DNA of 64,000 nucleotides from Lama glama (lineage: Eukaryota), in the NCBI GenBank assembly GCA_028534125.1, contig CM052817.1:92692001-92756000 (forward strand). Reading direction: 5' to 3'. A program made the translations under genes and the position numbers. Below the pieces are notes generated by a model. It was not told the origin of the DNA. It did not search any database and was given only the letters and a program-made list of their open reading frames with translations. Of this stretch, positions 27,444 to 38,811 are shown piece after piece (position 1 is the first letter of the stretch; every line of letters begins with the position of its first letter).

Positions 27444-27949
27444 CTCCAAAATTTCTCCTGGGGGAAAAAATTCTCCTGGGGAGAACAGAGGCCTCTAGAG
27501 GCCTGTGGGCTAGACTGGCCGGCTTTGTGGTCCTTCCTTAAGATATGCTTCTGCATCTGGCTTTATGTCATCATTTTGCAGCTAGGGAGGCCGCTGCAAC
27601 TGACTCTGGGGTTCTGGAAACTAGATTTCAGAAGGAGTAAGTCTGCTTCTTGCATTTACTGCAGACGCCAGGGGAGGACATAACTCAGCATGTAACTGGC
27701 ACTGTTTTCTTGCAAGGATCCACGGGAAAACGTTCTCAAGCTGTAACACCTGGAAAGACCATTTTGTTTTTATCTTGTGGGACACTGGAATAAGGTCATT
27801 GGATTTGTTTGGATATTGGCTATCGTTTCCTTCTTTGCATTGTCTGCAGAGAGTCCCAACCTAAATTTGGGACCGATGTCTGCTGTTAATTTCAGGTAAT
27901 GAATTTGTGTGCCATTTCATCCTGGTTTCATCTATTTTTCTTACACAAT

Positions 27950-28528
27950 TTTTTCTTCCCCATTATAGGTTACTACAAGTTATTAAATAGAGTTCCCTGT
28001 GTTATACAGTAGGACCTTGCTGTTAATCTATTTTATGGATAGTAGTTTGTACCTGCCAATCTTAAACTTCTGATTTATCCCTCCCCCTGCGCCTTTCCCC
28101 TTTGGTAACCATAAGTTTGTTTTCTATGTCTGCAGGTCTGTTTCTGGTTTGTAAATAAATTTACTTGTTTCATATTTTGGATTCCACATATAAGCGATAT
28201 CATATGGTATTTGTCTTTGTCTGACTTATTTCACTTAGTATAATAATCTCTAGGTCCATCCAGATTGCTGCAAATGGCATTATTTCATTCTTTTTTGTGG
28301 CTGAGTAATATTTCATTATATATATATATGTATATGTATGTATGTGTGTGTGTATACATATATATATATATATGTATACATACATATATATATGTATATG
28401 TATACACACACACACATACATACATATACATACCACATCTTCTTTATCCATTCATCTATCGATGGACACTTAGGTTGCTTCCATGCCTTGGCTATTGTAC
28501 ATAGTGCTGCTATGAACATTGGGGTGCA
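27950..28528 (-). mobile_element. Artiodactyl-type L1 3' UTR fragment with a compound (TA)/(TG)/(CA) microsatellite (28318-28432)
   Basis: ttccctgtgttatacagtagga, tttggtaaccataagtttgttttcta, gattccacatataagcgatatcata, gatggacacttaggttgcttcca. Confidence 0.9.
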
Positions 28529-28765
28529 CTACACTTACTTTTTAGCTTCTCATATTTTCTATCCAACTCCTGCACTGTCCTCTTGTATACATTTTATAAA
28601 CTGCTTTAAATTATTTTTAATAATGATGGGTATAATAACTGAGGCTTATGGGAGAAGTGTTAGCATGTATCCCCTTCTCATCCTTCCTTCTCTTCTACCC
28701 TGACTGCTAGAAAAGTCAGGAGGGTCTTTGACTAGCTCCTCATCAAAAAGAAAAGAGGCTGTTAC

Positions 28766-28837
28766 CTTGTCACCCTTCTTGATGGTCCTGACCTGGAGCT
28801 TGCTGATGGCTTTCTTTGCTGCATCTCCCAGCCGGCG
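28766..28837 (-). CDS. RNF150: RNF150 coding exon (exon 3 equivalent), basic juxtamembrane linker RRLGDAAKKAISKLQVRTIKKGDK
   Basis: 72 nt, phase 0-0; acceptor ...ttttggtttttcag, donor AAG|GTAACA; Goliath-family AKKAI motif. Confidence 0.97.
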
Positions 28838-28858
28838 CTGAAAAACCAAAAGCCGCTT

Positions 28859-28865
28859 GTTAGTA
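28859..28865 (-). promoter_or_regulatory. Consensus branch point TACTAAC for exon 3
   Basis: Plus gttagta reads TACTAAC on minus; the branch A (28860) is 23 nt upstream of the exon. Confidence 0.8.
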
Positions 28866-29553
28866 ATACAGATGTGTAATCTTTGACTTTGTGTCTGACG
28901 GCATTCAGTGCACCAGGGCAGCTATCTTTCAGGTCATGCACAAGTGGCATGAATGCTAATGAAGACGGCTGGGAGAGACGGGGCAGGGCTATCTGTGCAC
29001 CCTGGCTCTACTCATCGCGGCCTGTTAAAGAGCTCTGTCATCGAGAGAAGCTCTTCATGCCTGATGTTGAGCAGGTGGAATATGACACGGAAAGATCCTG
29101 CCGTACTGTGACTCCAGCACAGGTCACATCGATGCAGACTAGCAAAAAAAAAAAAAAAAAAGGTTCATAATTGGCCACTGTAGCCAATTTGTGATGTGGA
29201 GACAGCCAATCTGGAGTAGCTGGAATAATCTTTATCTCCTCTTCTTCACAATCAGGGTTTATTGCTTGTGTATTCCTTTCAATTTGGAATTTTAAGCAAT
29301 TTCCCTTGCTATACAAGCAAAGGTGTGTAGAAGACTCAACCTAGGTTTCTATTTGGTGTGTACTATCCTATTCTGTCACCTTCTTACATGTCAACTTAAC
29401 CTCCTTCCTGTGTGAGTGTGCACATAGGAAAATATATAAACATACACATTCAGTTTGCAAATAATTACAAAGCAAACACCTGGGTAACCACCATCACCCA
29501 TGTCAAGAAACAATATATTTTTGCACTTCTTTTTTTTTGATAGAGAAAGTTAC

Positions 29554-29567
29554 TATCCTCATGAGCC
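29554..29567 (-). other. RNF150: Candidate 14-nt alternative (poison) microexon of RNF150: GGC TCA TGA GGA TA
   Basis: Long CU tract plus cattgcattgctgcag acceptor (ctg 29568-29570), ATA|GTAACT donor; in-frame Gly-Ser-stop after exon 2. Confidence 0.6.
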
Positions 29568-29869
29568 CTGCAGCAATGCAATGACAGGATAACGAGGAAG
29601 AGTGGGAGAGGGAGGGGGTGGGAGAGAATTACGTTTTAATTTGTCAATGAGAAAAATGGTTCGCTCGTGTGCTAGTGAGTTTTTCACATGTTGTAATCTC
29701 CTTCTTCAGTATGTGTACTTCTAGTCTGTAATGGATGTGTATTTGCAGCAGTGAAATGTATATGAAGGACTAAGATAAACGGGGCAAACCTTTAAACAGA
29801 ATAATCATTTGCTTTCATTAACTTTGTTCCTTTTGTAAGTAACACTCAAGCTTCTTTCTTCTCTTTAAA

Positions 29870-30100
29870 ACAGTGAGCATATACTAATGAACAGTTAACA
29901 TATCCTAAGCACCATGCTAAAGCTTTACATGCAGTATCACCTCTATCCTTCAACAACATTATGAGAAAAATACTATTTTATAGAATAAGTTGAGACTTAC
30001 AGAGCTTAAGTAAATCATATAATATCATAGACTTAGTGATAGGTCAGTCAAAATCTGAATAAAATTTAGTCTGACTTTAAAGCCAGAGCTAAACTACTAT
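29870..30100 (-). mobile_element. MIR SINE
   Basis: caccatgctaaagctttacatgca...caacaacattatgag...gtctgactttaaagcc. Confidence 0.65.
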
Positions 30101-30109
30101 TCTCAGTTT

Positions 30110-30300
30110 TCACCAATCATCCAACCAACCAACCAGTCACTCAGCCAATCACTAAACATCTACCCAGTCAGCCAGCCAGCCAGCCAGCCAGTCAACCTTT
30201 TAACCAGCTAGCTAACCAACCAATGTTTAGCCAGCCAGCCAGTCAATCAGCCATTCAGCCAACCAGCCAAGCAGCCAACCAACGAGCTGACCAACAAATC
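30110..30300 (+). repeat. Degenerate (CAGC/CAAC)n tetranucleotide array
   Basis: ccaaccaacc...gccagccagccagcc..., directly visible. Confidence 0.85.
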
Positions 30301-33300
30301 AAAATCTATGAAGTACCTACCAGGTGGCACTTCCCTAAGCATATCACAGTTAAAGCAAATAGGTAGAAGAGGAGATGTTCCCCTCATTAATTCATTTTTC
30401 TCTTTGATATTTTATCCTTGGTTTTTAAAATAATTACTGGCATTTTTTCCAGAAAAGTAAGTTTTGGTTGTTTGCTAGAAGGAGACCTATATACACTGAG
30501 ACTTACGCAGAAGTCCATGAGTAGTGAGTGAACCAAGGTAGCAGAAAAGATGGGAAGAGTCTATAGTGATAAATACCAAGGGGGAGCATCGAGTGAGAGG
30601 AAACGGAAAGAACCGAGGTGAAACTGAACAGGACGTAACTCTCTTTCCTCTCGTCTTCCTCTAGCTGGTGCCGAACCATCCTTTGGTCTCAACCCAAGCC
30701 ACCTCCTCAGGAAGCTCCTCCTTCTTCCGGGAGAGAGGACCCCTCAAGTCTAGATCCTCAAAGCACCTCGTTCCCTTTGCTTTGGCCCCAGAGAGACTGG
30801 GGCACAAGGCCGCATTAGCATAGATCAGGCTGTCTTCAGGCTTCTTCTGGACACCCATGTCCGAGGGTAGCCACCCTGTCACGATCATTTAAACGGCATC
30901 CCTCTACTGATGACTCCCGTATTTCCACCTCCAGTTCTTCTCTCCCGACCTCCCAACTTGTATACTGAGCTACCTATCTGGCATCTCTGTTTAAGTATCC
31001 AACAGGCTTCTAAAATTTAATATCTCCACTCCTAAATGCTGGCTTCCCCAGCCCCTCTGGATCTCATCTTCTGTTTTTCCCATTTCAGTTAACGCTGCAG
31101 GAATGCACCTAACTGTACCCTCGATTATCCTCCCCTCACGTATGGTAATAACCACAGGAGAATGATCTAAACTGGAACACTTGTGAGTAAAATGTGGGTT
31201 ATTCATAATTAGGCTGGCACATCAGGTATAAACTAGGATCTATTCTTTATATTCTACATCTAATCCATAGGGTTTTGAAGTATTGCCCTAATCTGACACC
31301 CCCCGGCTTCTCCACTTCCATCACTCAACTTAAAACCCATCGCCTGCCATCTTGACCACCGTACCACCCTCCAAGTGGGCTCATATCTATCTTTACGTGA
31401 CTGCCTATTGGTGCCACTACAATGTATGCTACGTGAAGGCACAGTCCTTGGGTATGCAATAAATGTGGAAAGAAACTTTTCTTATTTATAGACACAGAAA
31501 CTTCTGGAAGCACTCAAAGGGAACTGCTAAGAGTTGTTGCCTCTGGGGAAAGCTGGAGGAAGCAGAGTTGACAAAAAGAGTCTGAGGGGGAAGAATACTT
31601 ACTTTTAAATAAACACTCTTTCATTTTGCCTTTTTTTTTTTTTACAGTGTACATACACTGTTACTGTCAATTAAAACACACTACTGCATGGAAGATTATT
31701 CTCCAAGAATAGTAGATTCTTTTTCCCTAGTCTACGTATAGAGTTTTATAGTCTTCTCCCATAACTCTGGAAAAGAACCCCATTTTGTTTCAAAGCATGT
31801 CACCTGGGCTATACAGCCATAGACTTAACTGTAGGTGAGTTATATAAGAACTGGACTATTTATATTTTGGGGAGAAATACTATTTTCTAAGAATTGCTTT
31901 ATCCACAAAAGACAGTCCAGTTAACCACTCTCTGATAACATGTCACACGTGTTTTCTCATTTGGTCTTTGCATCAAGTCTATGGGGTGACCTTTGATCAT
32001 TCCCACACTACCTGTGAGGAAACCTGGGCACAGGAAGGTGAAGACTGCACAAGATCCTGCCACTAGGAATGGCCAAAGCAAAGCCTGGAATCCAGATCTG
32101 TCTGACTCCAAAGTTGTGCCTCTAACTATTACCTGGCGCCAGCACTGTCTCCGTATAGTTGCTTTAGGAAACACAACACACCAGCCAAATCTCCCTCTCC
32201 ACTTTGAGTGGGGGCCCTTAATCTCCCTGTCATCATCTAAAAGAACTTGCTGTGAGGTTACTAAGGCAAAGAACATCCATCAAGTCTTACTCCGTGGGAC
32301 ACTGCATTGAAATGATCTTCTCCAGGCCCAGTGCGAGGTGAAAGGGTCCTGGACGATGACGGTGGTTCCCCTCTAAGAGTGATCTGCACAGAGCTGAGCA
32401 GAGACTGAGGCACTCTTCTGGCTAATGCAGGTTCAGTCCTTCTGTTGTGTATCTGAATGGTTAGGCACTTCGCCAAGGTGGCACTCATGCCTTTGACATT
32501 CCATTAGAGGCAGTGAGCCTACAGCTAACCCCAGAGTCACTCTTTCTGAAGGACCAATAATGTTTAATAAAAATAAATGACTTCGGTTAACCTGATGCCT
32601 ACAATTCTATAGCTTTTACAGCTGTAACTTCCTGTTGAATGAAATGAAGCACTGCCCATCAAAAGAGAAGTGTTTTTACAAGGGAAATTACATGTTCTGT
32701 TTCATTCATAAAAGGGTGTCTAAAGTATGGTGTCTGTTTTGATCAAGAAGCAATGCTAATTTTAACATGCTCCAAATTCACTGACTGACCCTGAGGGTAA
32801 CATCCTGTAATTCAAGGAAAGTTAATAAAATGGGAGCAAAACCTTACACCCCATGAACCACTTTCATTCCACTTCTAATTTACTTTTCACACACATCACA
32901 GAGTACGCACATGCCGAGACAGAAATATAATGTATATACCTGCACAAAATGAACTCGCAATTGAGAGTCACTCAACTAATTAAAGCCTAAAATTTCATCC
33001 TTGCCTCAATTTTCAATGATGGCTTGGATTATCTGTAGACTCAAGGGAGACAGGGATACCATTTCTATTTATCGTTGTTGGGTCAGCTGGGTAAGTATCT
33101 TGGCAATAACTGATTTACATACGTATGGTTTCTCCAAATGGACCCCTTAGGAACCAGTGGAACTGAACATATTAGTTCTATATCTAGTTTCAGTGTCTTG
33201 TGTCTAACTGGTAACGTCCATTTAAATTCCAGAATATTTAATAACAGGGGCAAAGTTGGAAGTGTACATGATTGTTATGGAATCTTTATGACAGTAGTAA

Positions 33301-33944
33301 CAGATACTGTTCATTGAGAACTTTATAAGTGACCAATCACATTCAGGGGCTTTAAAATATAAGATACACTAAGCCATTTAGCCCTCACTATAACTACACA
33401 AAGAAGCTATATTCCCATTTAGTTTAGAAAACTAAAGCATAAAGTAACTTGCCCGGTTGGTAAGTGGAACCTGACTGCTATGTAGCCAGTAAAAGTCATG
33501 TTTCAAAAATTATTTAATGATGGGGGAAATGTTCATCATTTAATAAAAAAAAAGTACACAAACTTAAATGTTTTACATATGTGTTTATCTCATGCATGCA
33601 TACACAATATATGACAATTTACTGAATACATAGACAGGGTTAAAAAGTCTGAAAGGTAATGCACCCAATTGCTAGCACTTCAGTAGGGTGACGGGTGATT
33701 TGTCTTCTATTTTAGTATTTTCCTATGATTGTCAAAATTTATTAGAATAAGCAGGTACCATTTTAAGAGTCATAAAAAGCAATAAAAATGTTTTAAAAAA
33801 TAGTTTCAGAAGCTACAGCCACAAAATAAATAAAAAAAGTCAAAGAACTCTTCCCCTAAAACAAACAACTTAGACCTTATTGGCTTACAAGAAATCTTTA
33901 ATACTTTAAAGATTGGCTAATTCCAGTGCTGTTTAAAATGCTTT

Positions 33945-34120
33945 AGAGCTGAGCTGTTTGATAGGACTTTCTGGGATGATAAAAACATCCTATACGTGCA
34001 CCACCATATAGTAGCCACTTGAAATGCAGCTAGTATGGCTGAATTTTAAATTTTATTTTATTACAACTCATTTAAATAGTCACACATAGCTAGTGACTAC
34101 CAAGTTAGATACAACTCTAG
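33945..34120. mobile_element. MER3-like hAT-Charlie MITE
   Basis: gactttctgggatgat...atagtagccacttgaaatgcagctagt...aaatagtcacacatagctagtgactac. Confidence 0.7.
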
Positions 34121-35924
34121 ACTATAGAAAATGGAAGAAAATTTGTAAATTCTTCTGATATAGCCAGTGTAACTATTATCTAAACATGATAAAAATGTGA
34201 ATGATGGACAAGTTTCACATGTGAATATCAAGGTAAAAAATAACTACTATACTAAATGCATTCTGAACAAAACAATCCAGCACACATTAGAGGATTAGTA
34301 TGTGCTGGAAATTCTGGATGGTTCAATATTAGGAAATCCATTCATTTAAACTACTCCTTTTAATAGGTCAAAAGAGAGAAGCCAGACTATAGCTGCTAAA
34401 AAGGCATTTGTTAAAATTAAAAATATATTCTTCATTAAAACTCTGAACAAAAAAGGACTTTACATAACATGTTAAAAATACAGCTCAACCTAGGAGGCTA
34501 CATGGAGAACTAATAAAATAACGGAGACATGATAAAAATAACCCATTAAATTCAGACTGTTCCCATTCAATCGTGAATGAAGGGTAGTATGATCGCTGCT
34601 GCCACTGTTACTTTAGTTGAGTTTGGAGGCACAACTCAGTGAAATTAGACAACAGGAAAAAAAAATAGGAGGTTTAAAATCCAAAAGAAGTAAACTATCA
34701 ATGACTGTGCATATTATTAGTGTCATCCTGATAAGCAATCACAAATATTACAGTGTAGTGGTTAAGAGCGTACACTCTAAAGCCTTGATGTTGGTTCAAT
34801 TGCTGGCTCTATTCGTAGCTAGCTGTGTGACCTTGGCAAGTTATTTAACCTCTCTGTTTCCTCCTCTGTAAAACAGAGACAATAAAATTACCTACTGTAA
34901 GGTAATTAAGAGGACTAAGTATGTAAATATATAGAGTCCTTACAACACAACTGTATGTAATATATACTATATAATATTACTGCTATTAATAAGATAATTT
35001 TAAATGATAATAAATTATAAATATACAAATTATTAAATTATAATAATATAAAAATAAACATAAAAACCAAAAGCCTTCTTATATGAAAAAGGAGATTCCA
35101 TTTATAATAGCAACACAATGACCTAGGAATAAACATAAAAATACTGTGCAAGATTAAATAAGGACATTTAAAAACGCTATTAGGGAATAAAAGGAAGAGC
35201 TGAATAAAGGGGAAAGAATCATATACTGCATTTGAAAAGGAAGATTCAGTATCATAAGATTATAAACTCCTTCTAAATTATTCTATAAATTAGAAAACTA
35301 GTTAAAAGTGATCCTAAATTCATATAAAGAAAAACATGAAAAAAAGTAAAGACAGAGCAATAAAAGATGATGGGCACGAACAGATATGAGACATATTATG
35401 GTGCTAAAATATTCAAAGCAGGGTGGTACTGGAATCTGAATAGACAGATTAAAGCTACATTTTGGAGGGCACAGGAATAGAACCAAATACATATGGGTCT
35501 CTAATACATGCTAAATGAGGGTTCTGCATATGAAAGGGAAAAGATTAATTATTCAATAAATACCAGTTACAAAAACTGGTAGGCAATCTGAAAAAGAAAT
35601 AGTGTTAGCTCTGTACTTTATTCTCTACCCTGAAATAAGTTCTCGGTAGATTAAAGTTTTAACCATAAATATGAAATTTAAAAAGCAGTGGATGAAAGCA
35701 TGAGAGACTGTTTTTCTATAGTCTTGGCCTATAGAAGCTCTTATTACATAAAACTTGGGAGCTATAAAAAATTGATAAATTCAGTTATGTAAAACTCCAA
35801 AAGTTCTGCCTGGCAAAAAGCACCAGCGATAAATCAAAGACAATGACAAGCTGGAAGGAAAAAAAATTGAATATACAGGATTCACACGAAAAGGGTTAAC
35901 TGATTTGACTAGTAAAGAGCTTAT

Positions 35925-36239
35925 TTACAAAACAGAAACAGACTCACAGACTGTAGAAAACAAACTTATGATTACAGGGAGTGGGAGGGGGTGGGAAGGG
36001 ATAAAACAGGAGTTTGAGATTTGCAGATACTAACTACTGTATATAAAATAGATAAACACGTTCATACTGTATAGCACAGGGAACTATATGCAATATCTTG
36101 TGATAACTTACGGTGAAAAAGAATATGAAAACGAATATATGTATGTTCATGTATGACTGAAGCACTGTGCTGTACACCAGAAATTGACACAACACTGTAA
36201 ACTGACTATCCTTCAATAAAAAATACATATATACAAAAA
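35925..36239 (+). mobile_element. Young camelid-type L1 3' end with TSD
   Basis: acaaaacagaaacagactcacagac...gctgtacaccagaaattgacacaacactgtaaactgactat + A tail; perfect TSD AAAGAGCTTAT at 35914-35924 and 36240-36250. Confidence 0.92.
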
Positions 36240-36812
36240 AAAGAGCTTATACACATCAATAAAATGTGACCAACAACTCAACTGAGGTGGTCTAATAATA
36301 TAAGTAGATAATTCATAGGAAAATATTAACTTTTTCTACATTACTTGAAGAGATGATGAACGTTACTTTTGATAAGAAAAACATGATACTTTTAACATTA
36401 AATCACATACAACGAAAAGGTGTAACATTCGTTTGGTGGGGATGTGGGGAAACTGTGTTTGTTATCAGCATACTGTATGTATTAGTACAAGCAGTATTAA
36501 ATTAATATACTAACACACAAATGTTTATATTAGTGTAAACAGTATTACTATATTGTTAGTTAATGTATAAATTGGTTCAACCTTTTGGGCAGACAATCTG
36601 CCAATATCTATTGCAGTTTAAAATACACATCCCTTTGCCCTAGCTATAAAACTGCCAAAATATACCATACAGATATATTTACAAATGTGCTTAGTGTCAC
36701 ATGTACATGCGTGTGTGTGTATGTTTTGTTTTGTTTTGTTTTCTGATAAAACATGTCTGTCAACAGGAGCTGGCTGAATAAATGTGGTCTATGGCGAAAA
36801 TAAAACTTTATA

Positions 36813-37284
36813 CAGGCATACCTCGTTTTACTGTGCTTTGCGGACGTGGGACTTTTACAGATTGAAGGTTTGTGGCAATCCTGCATCGAGCAAGTCTATT
36901 GTGTCATTTTTCCAACATCATTTGCTCACTTCCTGTCTCTGTGTCACATTTCAGTAATTTTCACAATACCTTTAACTTTTTCATTATTACTATATTTGTC
37001 ATGGTGATCTGTGATCAGTGATTTTTGATGTTATTACTGCAAAAAGATTATACTTCGCTGAAAGCTCAGATAATGGTTAGCATTTTTTAGTAATATTTTA
37101 AAATTAAGGTATGTACATCTTTTTAGGCATAATGCTAGTGCACACTTAACAGACTATGTATAGTGTAATGTAACTTTTATATGCACTGGGACACCAAAAA
37201 CTTCCTGTTCACTTGCTTTATTGAGGTATTTGCTTCATTGTGGTGGTCTGGAACCAAACCTGCAATATCTCCAAGGTCTACCTG
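36813..37284 (+). mobile_element. Non-autonomous Tigger1 derivative (Tigger1a_Art-like, TcMar)
   Basis: TIRs CAGGCATACCTCG / CCAAGGTCTACCTG, TA duplications at 36811-36812 and 37285-37286, Tigger1 end sequences (attgaaggtttgtggcaa...). Confidence 0.88.
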
Positions 37285-37982
37285 TACAGTCATGAGAAAT
37301 GAGAAAGCAGCTTGCACTGAGTGTTGATAAGAATCTCCAAGAAGAAGTAAGAAATAACAGTACAGAGTTAAGTGTGCTATCATTTTATCATGTGTTTAAA
37401 CACACACACACACACACACACACACCTTTGTGTTTGTAAGCCCATAAAATACCCCTGGAAGAGAAGATATTCGAGGGGGAGGCACTGCATCACTGGGGGA
37501 CAGACATGGGAAGGCAGTTACTTTTCACTATGCACTATTTCATACCTTTTGCATTTTATACTATGTGTATGTGTTGTCTCTTCCAAATTTCATTGCTTTT
37601 CAAAATACCTTTTATTTTTTGTCTCCTTCTGTTCACAAGGAGGAAACCCTGGCTCTTTCCAAATTAGGTTGATGCTATTAGCATGATCTCAGCTCCCTTC
37701 CACTATCTCCCTTTATTTTGTGCCTAAACAAATAAATAATTACCTAAAAAAATGAGCATCAGGAATGTGGGACAAAGCACCACCATTCTAGAGAACCATG
37801 CTAGCAACACATCAAAAGATGTGTATTTGGAAAAGATCTGAAAAACTATATAGTAAATGTTAACTGGGTTCATCTTGAGTGGGGCCTTGGTATTTTCTGT
37901 GATTTCTGAAGTTTACACGATAATATGTCTTACTTTTGTAATGAGTTTTATGTTTTTTCTTTTTAAACTTTTTGCTGCTCAC

Positions 37983-38233
37983 CTGGTTCCTGTCCCTGGC
38001 ATTTGCATATCGAAACCTCTGGATATAATAGAAGACCAGCCACGCGAGGGAAATGATCATCAGGACAATGAAGGAGATGGAGACGAACACGACGGAGGTG
38101 CGGCTGACGTATTTCTGCAGGTTCCGGGTTCCGATGGTGATGTACATCGTCACGGTGATGTTTCTTTCCAGCAGGCTTACTATCTCCTTCCCTTTGGGCT
38201 CAGGAATCATGATTGCCACGATGTCTTCTACAC
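37983..38233 (-). CDS. RNF150: RNF150 coding exon (exon 2 equivalent): end of PA domain, TM helix and cytosolic start, (G)[83 protein letters not shown]
   Basis: 251 nt (2 + 83 codons); pyrimidine-rich acceptor ...tgcccctctgacaacag, donor CAG|GTGAGC. Hydrophobic [27 protein letters not shown] sequon; matches my recollection of the RNF150 protein. Confidence 0.97.
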
Positions 38234-38336
38234 CTGTTGTCAGAGGGGCAACAAGGGTCAGAGGATGAGAGAAAGGGAGAAAATCATAATAAAATGTCTG
38301 CACAAGGTGACATGCACCAAATAATGACACCTCTTT

Positions 38337-38390
38337 TGATGACTGATTCTATGCCAGACCACATGATGATTGATTCTATGCCAGACCACA
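38337..38390. repeat. 27-bp tandem duplication (2 copies, 1 mismatch)
   Basis: tgatga(c/t)tgattctatgccagaccaca x2. Confidence 0.95.
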
Positions 38391-38811
38391 TAGCCAGTCT
38401 ACTTCTCAGATCTAATAGCCAGAAAAGGAGTCGAACTTTCTCTTTCTTCAGTTACCTTGGGATACTGCTGTCTTGTATACGAGAAAAGAACCTAAAACAA
38501 ATGTATGATTTTGGTACCAGCAAGGTCATGATCATGCCACTTTCTAGCTCTCTAAGGTGCTGCTGACCCCGGTCTAGTAAAGGTGGACCCTCCCCAACCA
38601 GCCCAGTTTACAGCTCTACGTTGCATTTCACAGATCCCTCCGTAGACAGGCAAAGGCACTCGGTACCCCACGGCAAAGGATAAAATGCCCTATTTTATGC
38701 CATCTGTCTTTCCCCCTCACAGATACTAGGAATACTCAATTACAGATTTCTATTAATCATTCCCAAGGCAGTTTCTCCTATAAATGAGTACTAAAAAGCA
38801 CTCCAAAGTAG

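Larger units (their letters stand above)
34200..37620 (+). mobile_element. Ancient L1M (ORF2 to 3' UTR), interrupted by a MIR (~34745-34985), a young L1 and a Tigger1 derivative
   Basis: Degenerate collinear L1 motifs: ggatggttcaatattaggaaatc, aaaggcatttgttaaaatt, ccatttataatagcaac, attcaataaa, ccaatatctatt...ccctttgcc. Confidence 0.7.

Noticed and set aside
37857..38324. 155-aa plus-strand ORF overlapping exon 2
   Set aside because: Antisense shadow of a coding exon; no recognisable domain or transcript signals.
38337..38390. C/D snoRNA (TGATGA and CTGA motifs)
   Set aside because: On the strand opposite the host transcript, wrong box spacing, no terminal stem; explained by the tandem duplication.
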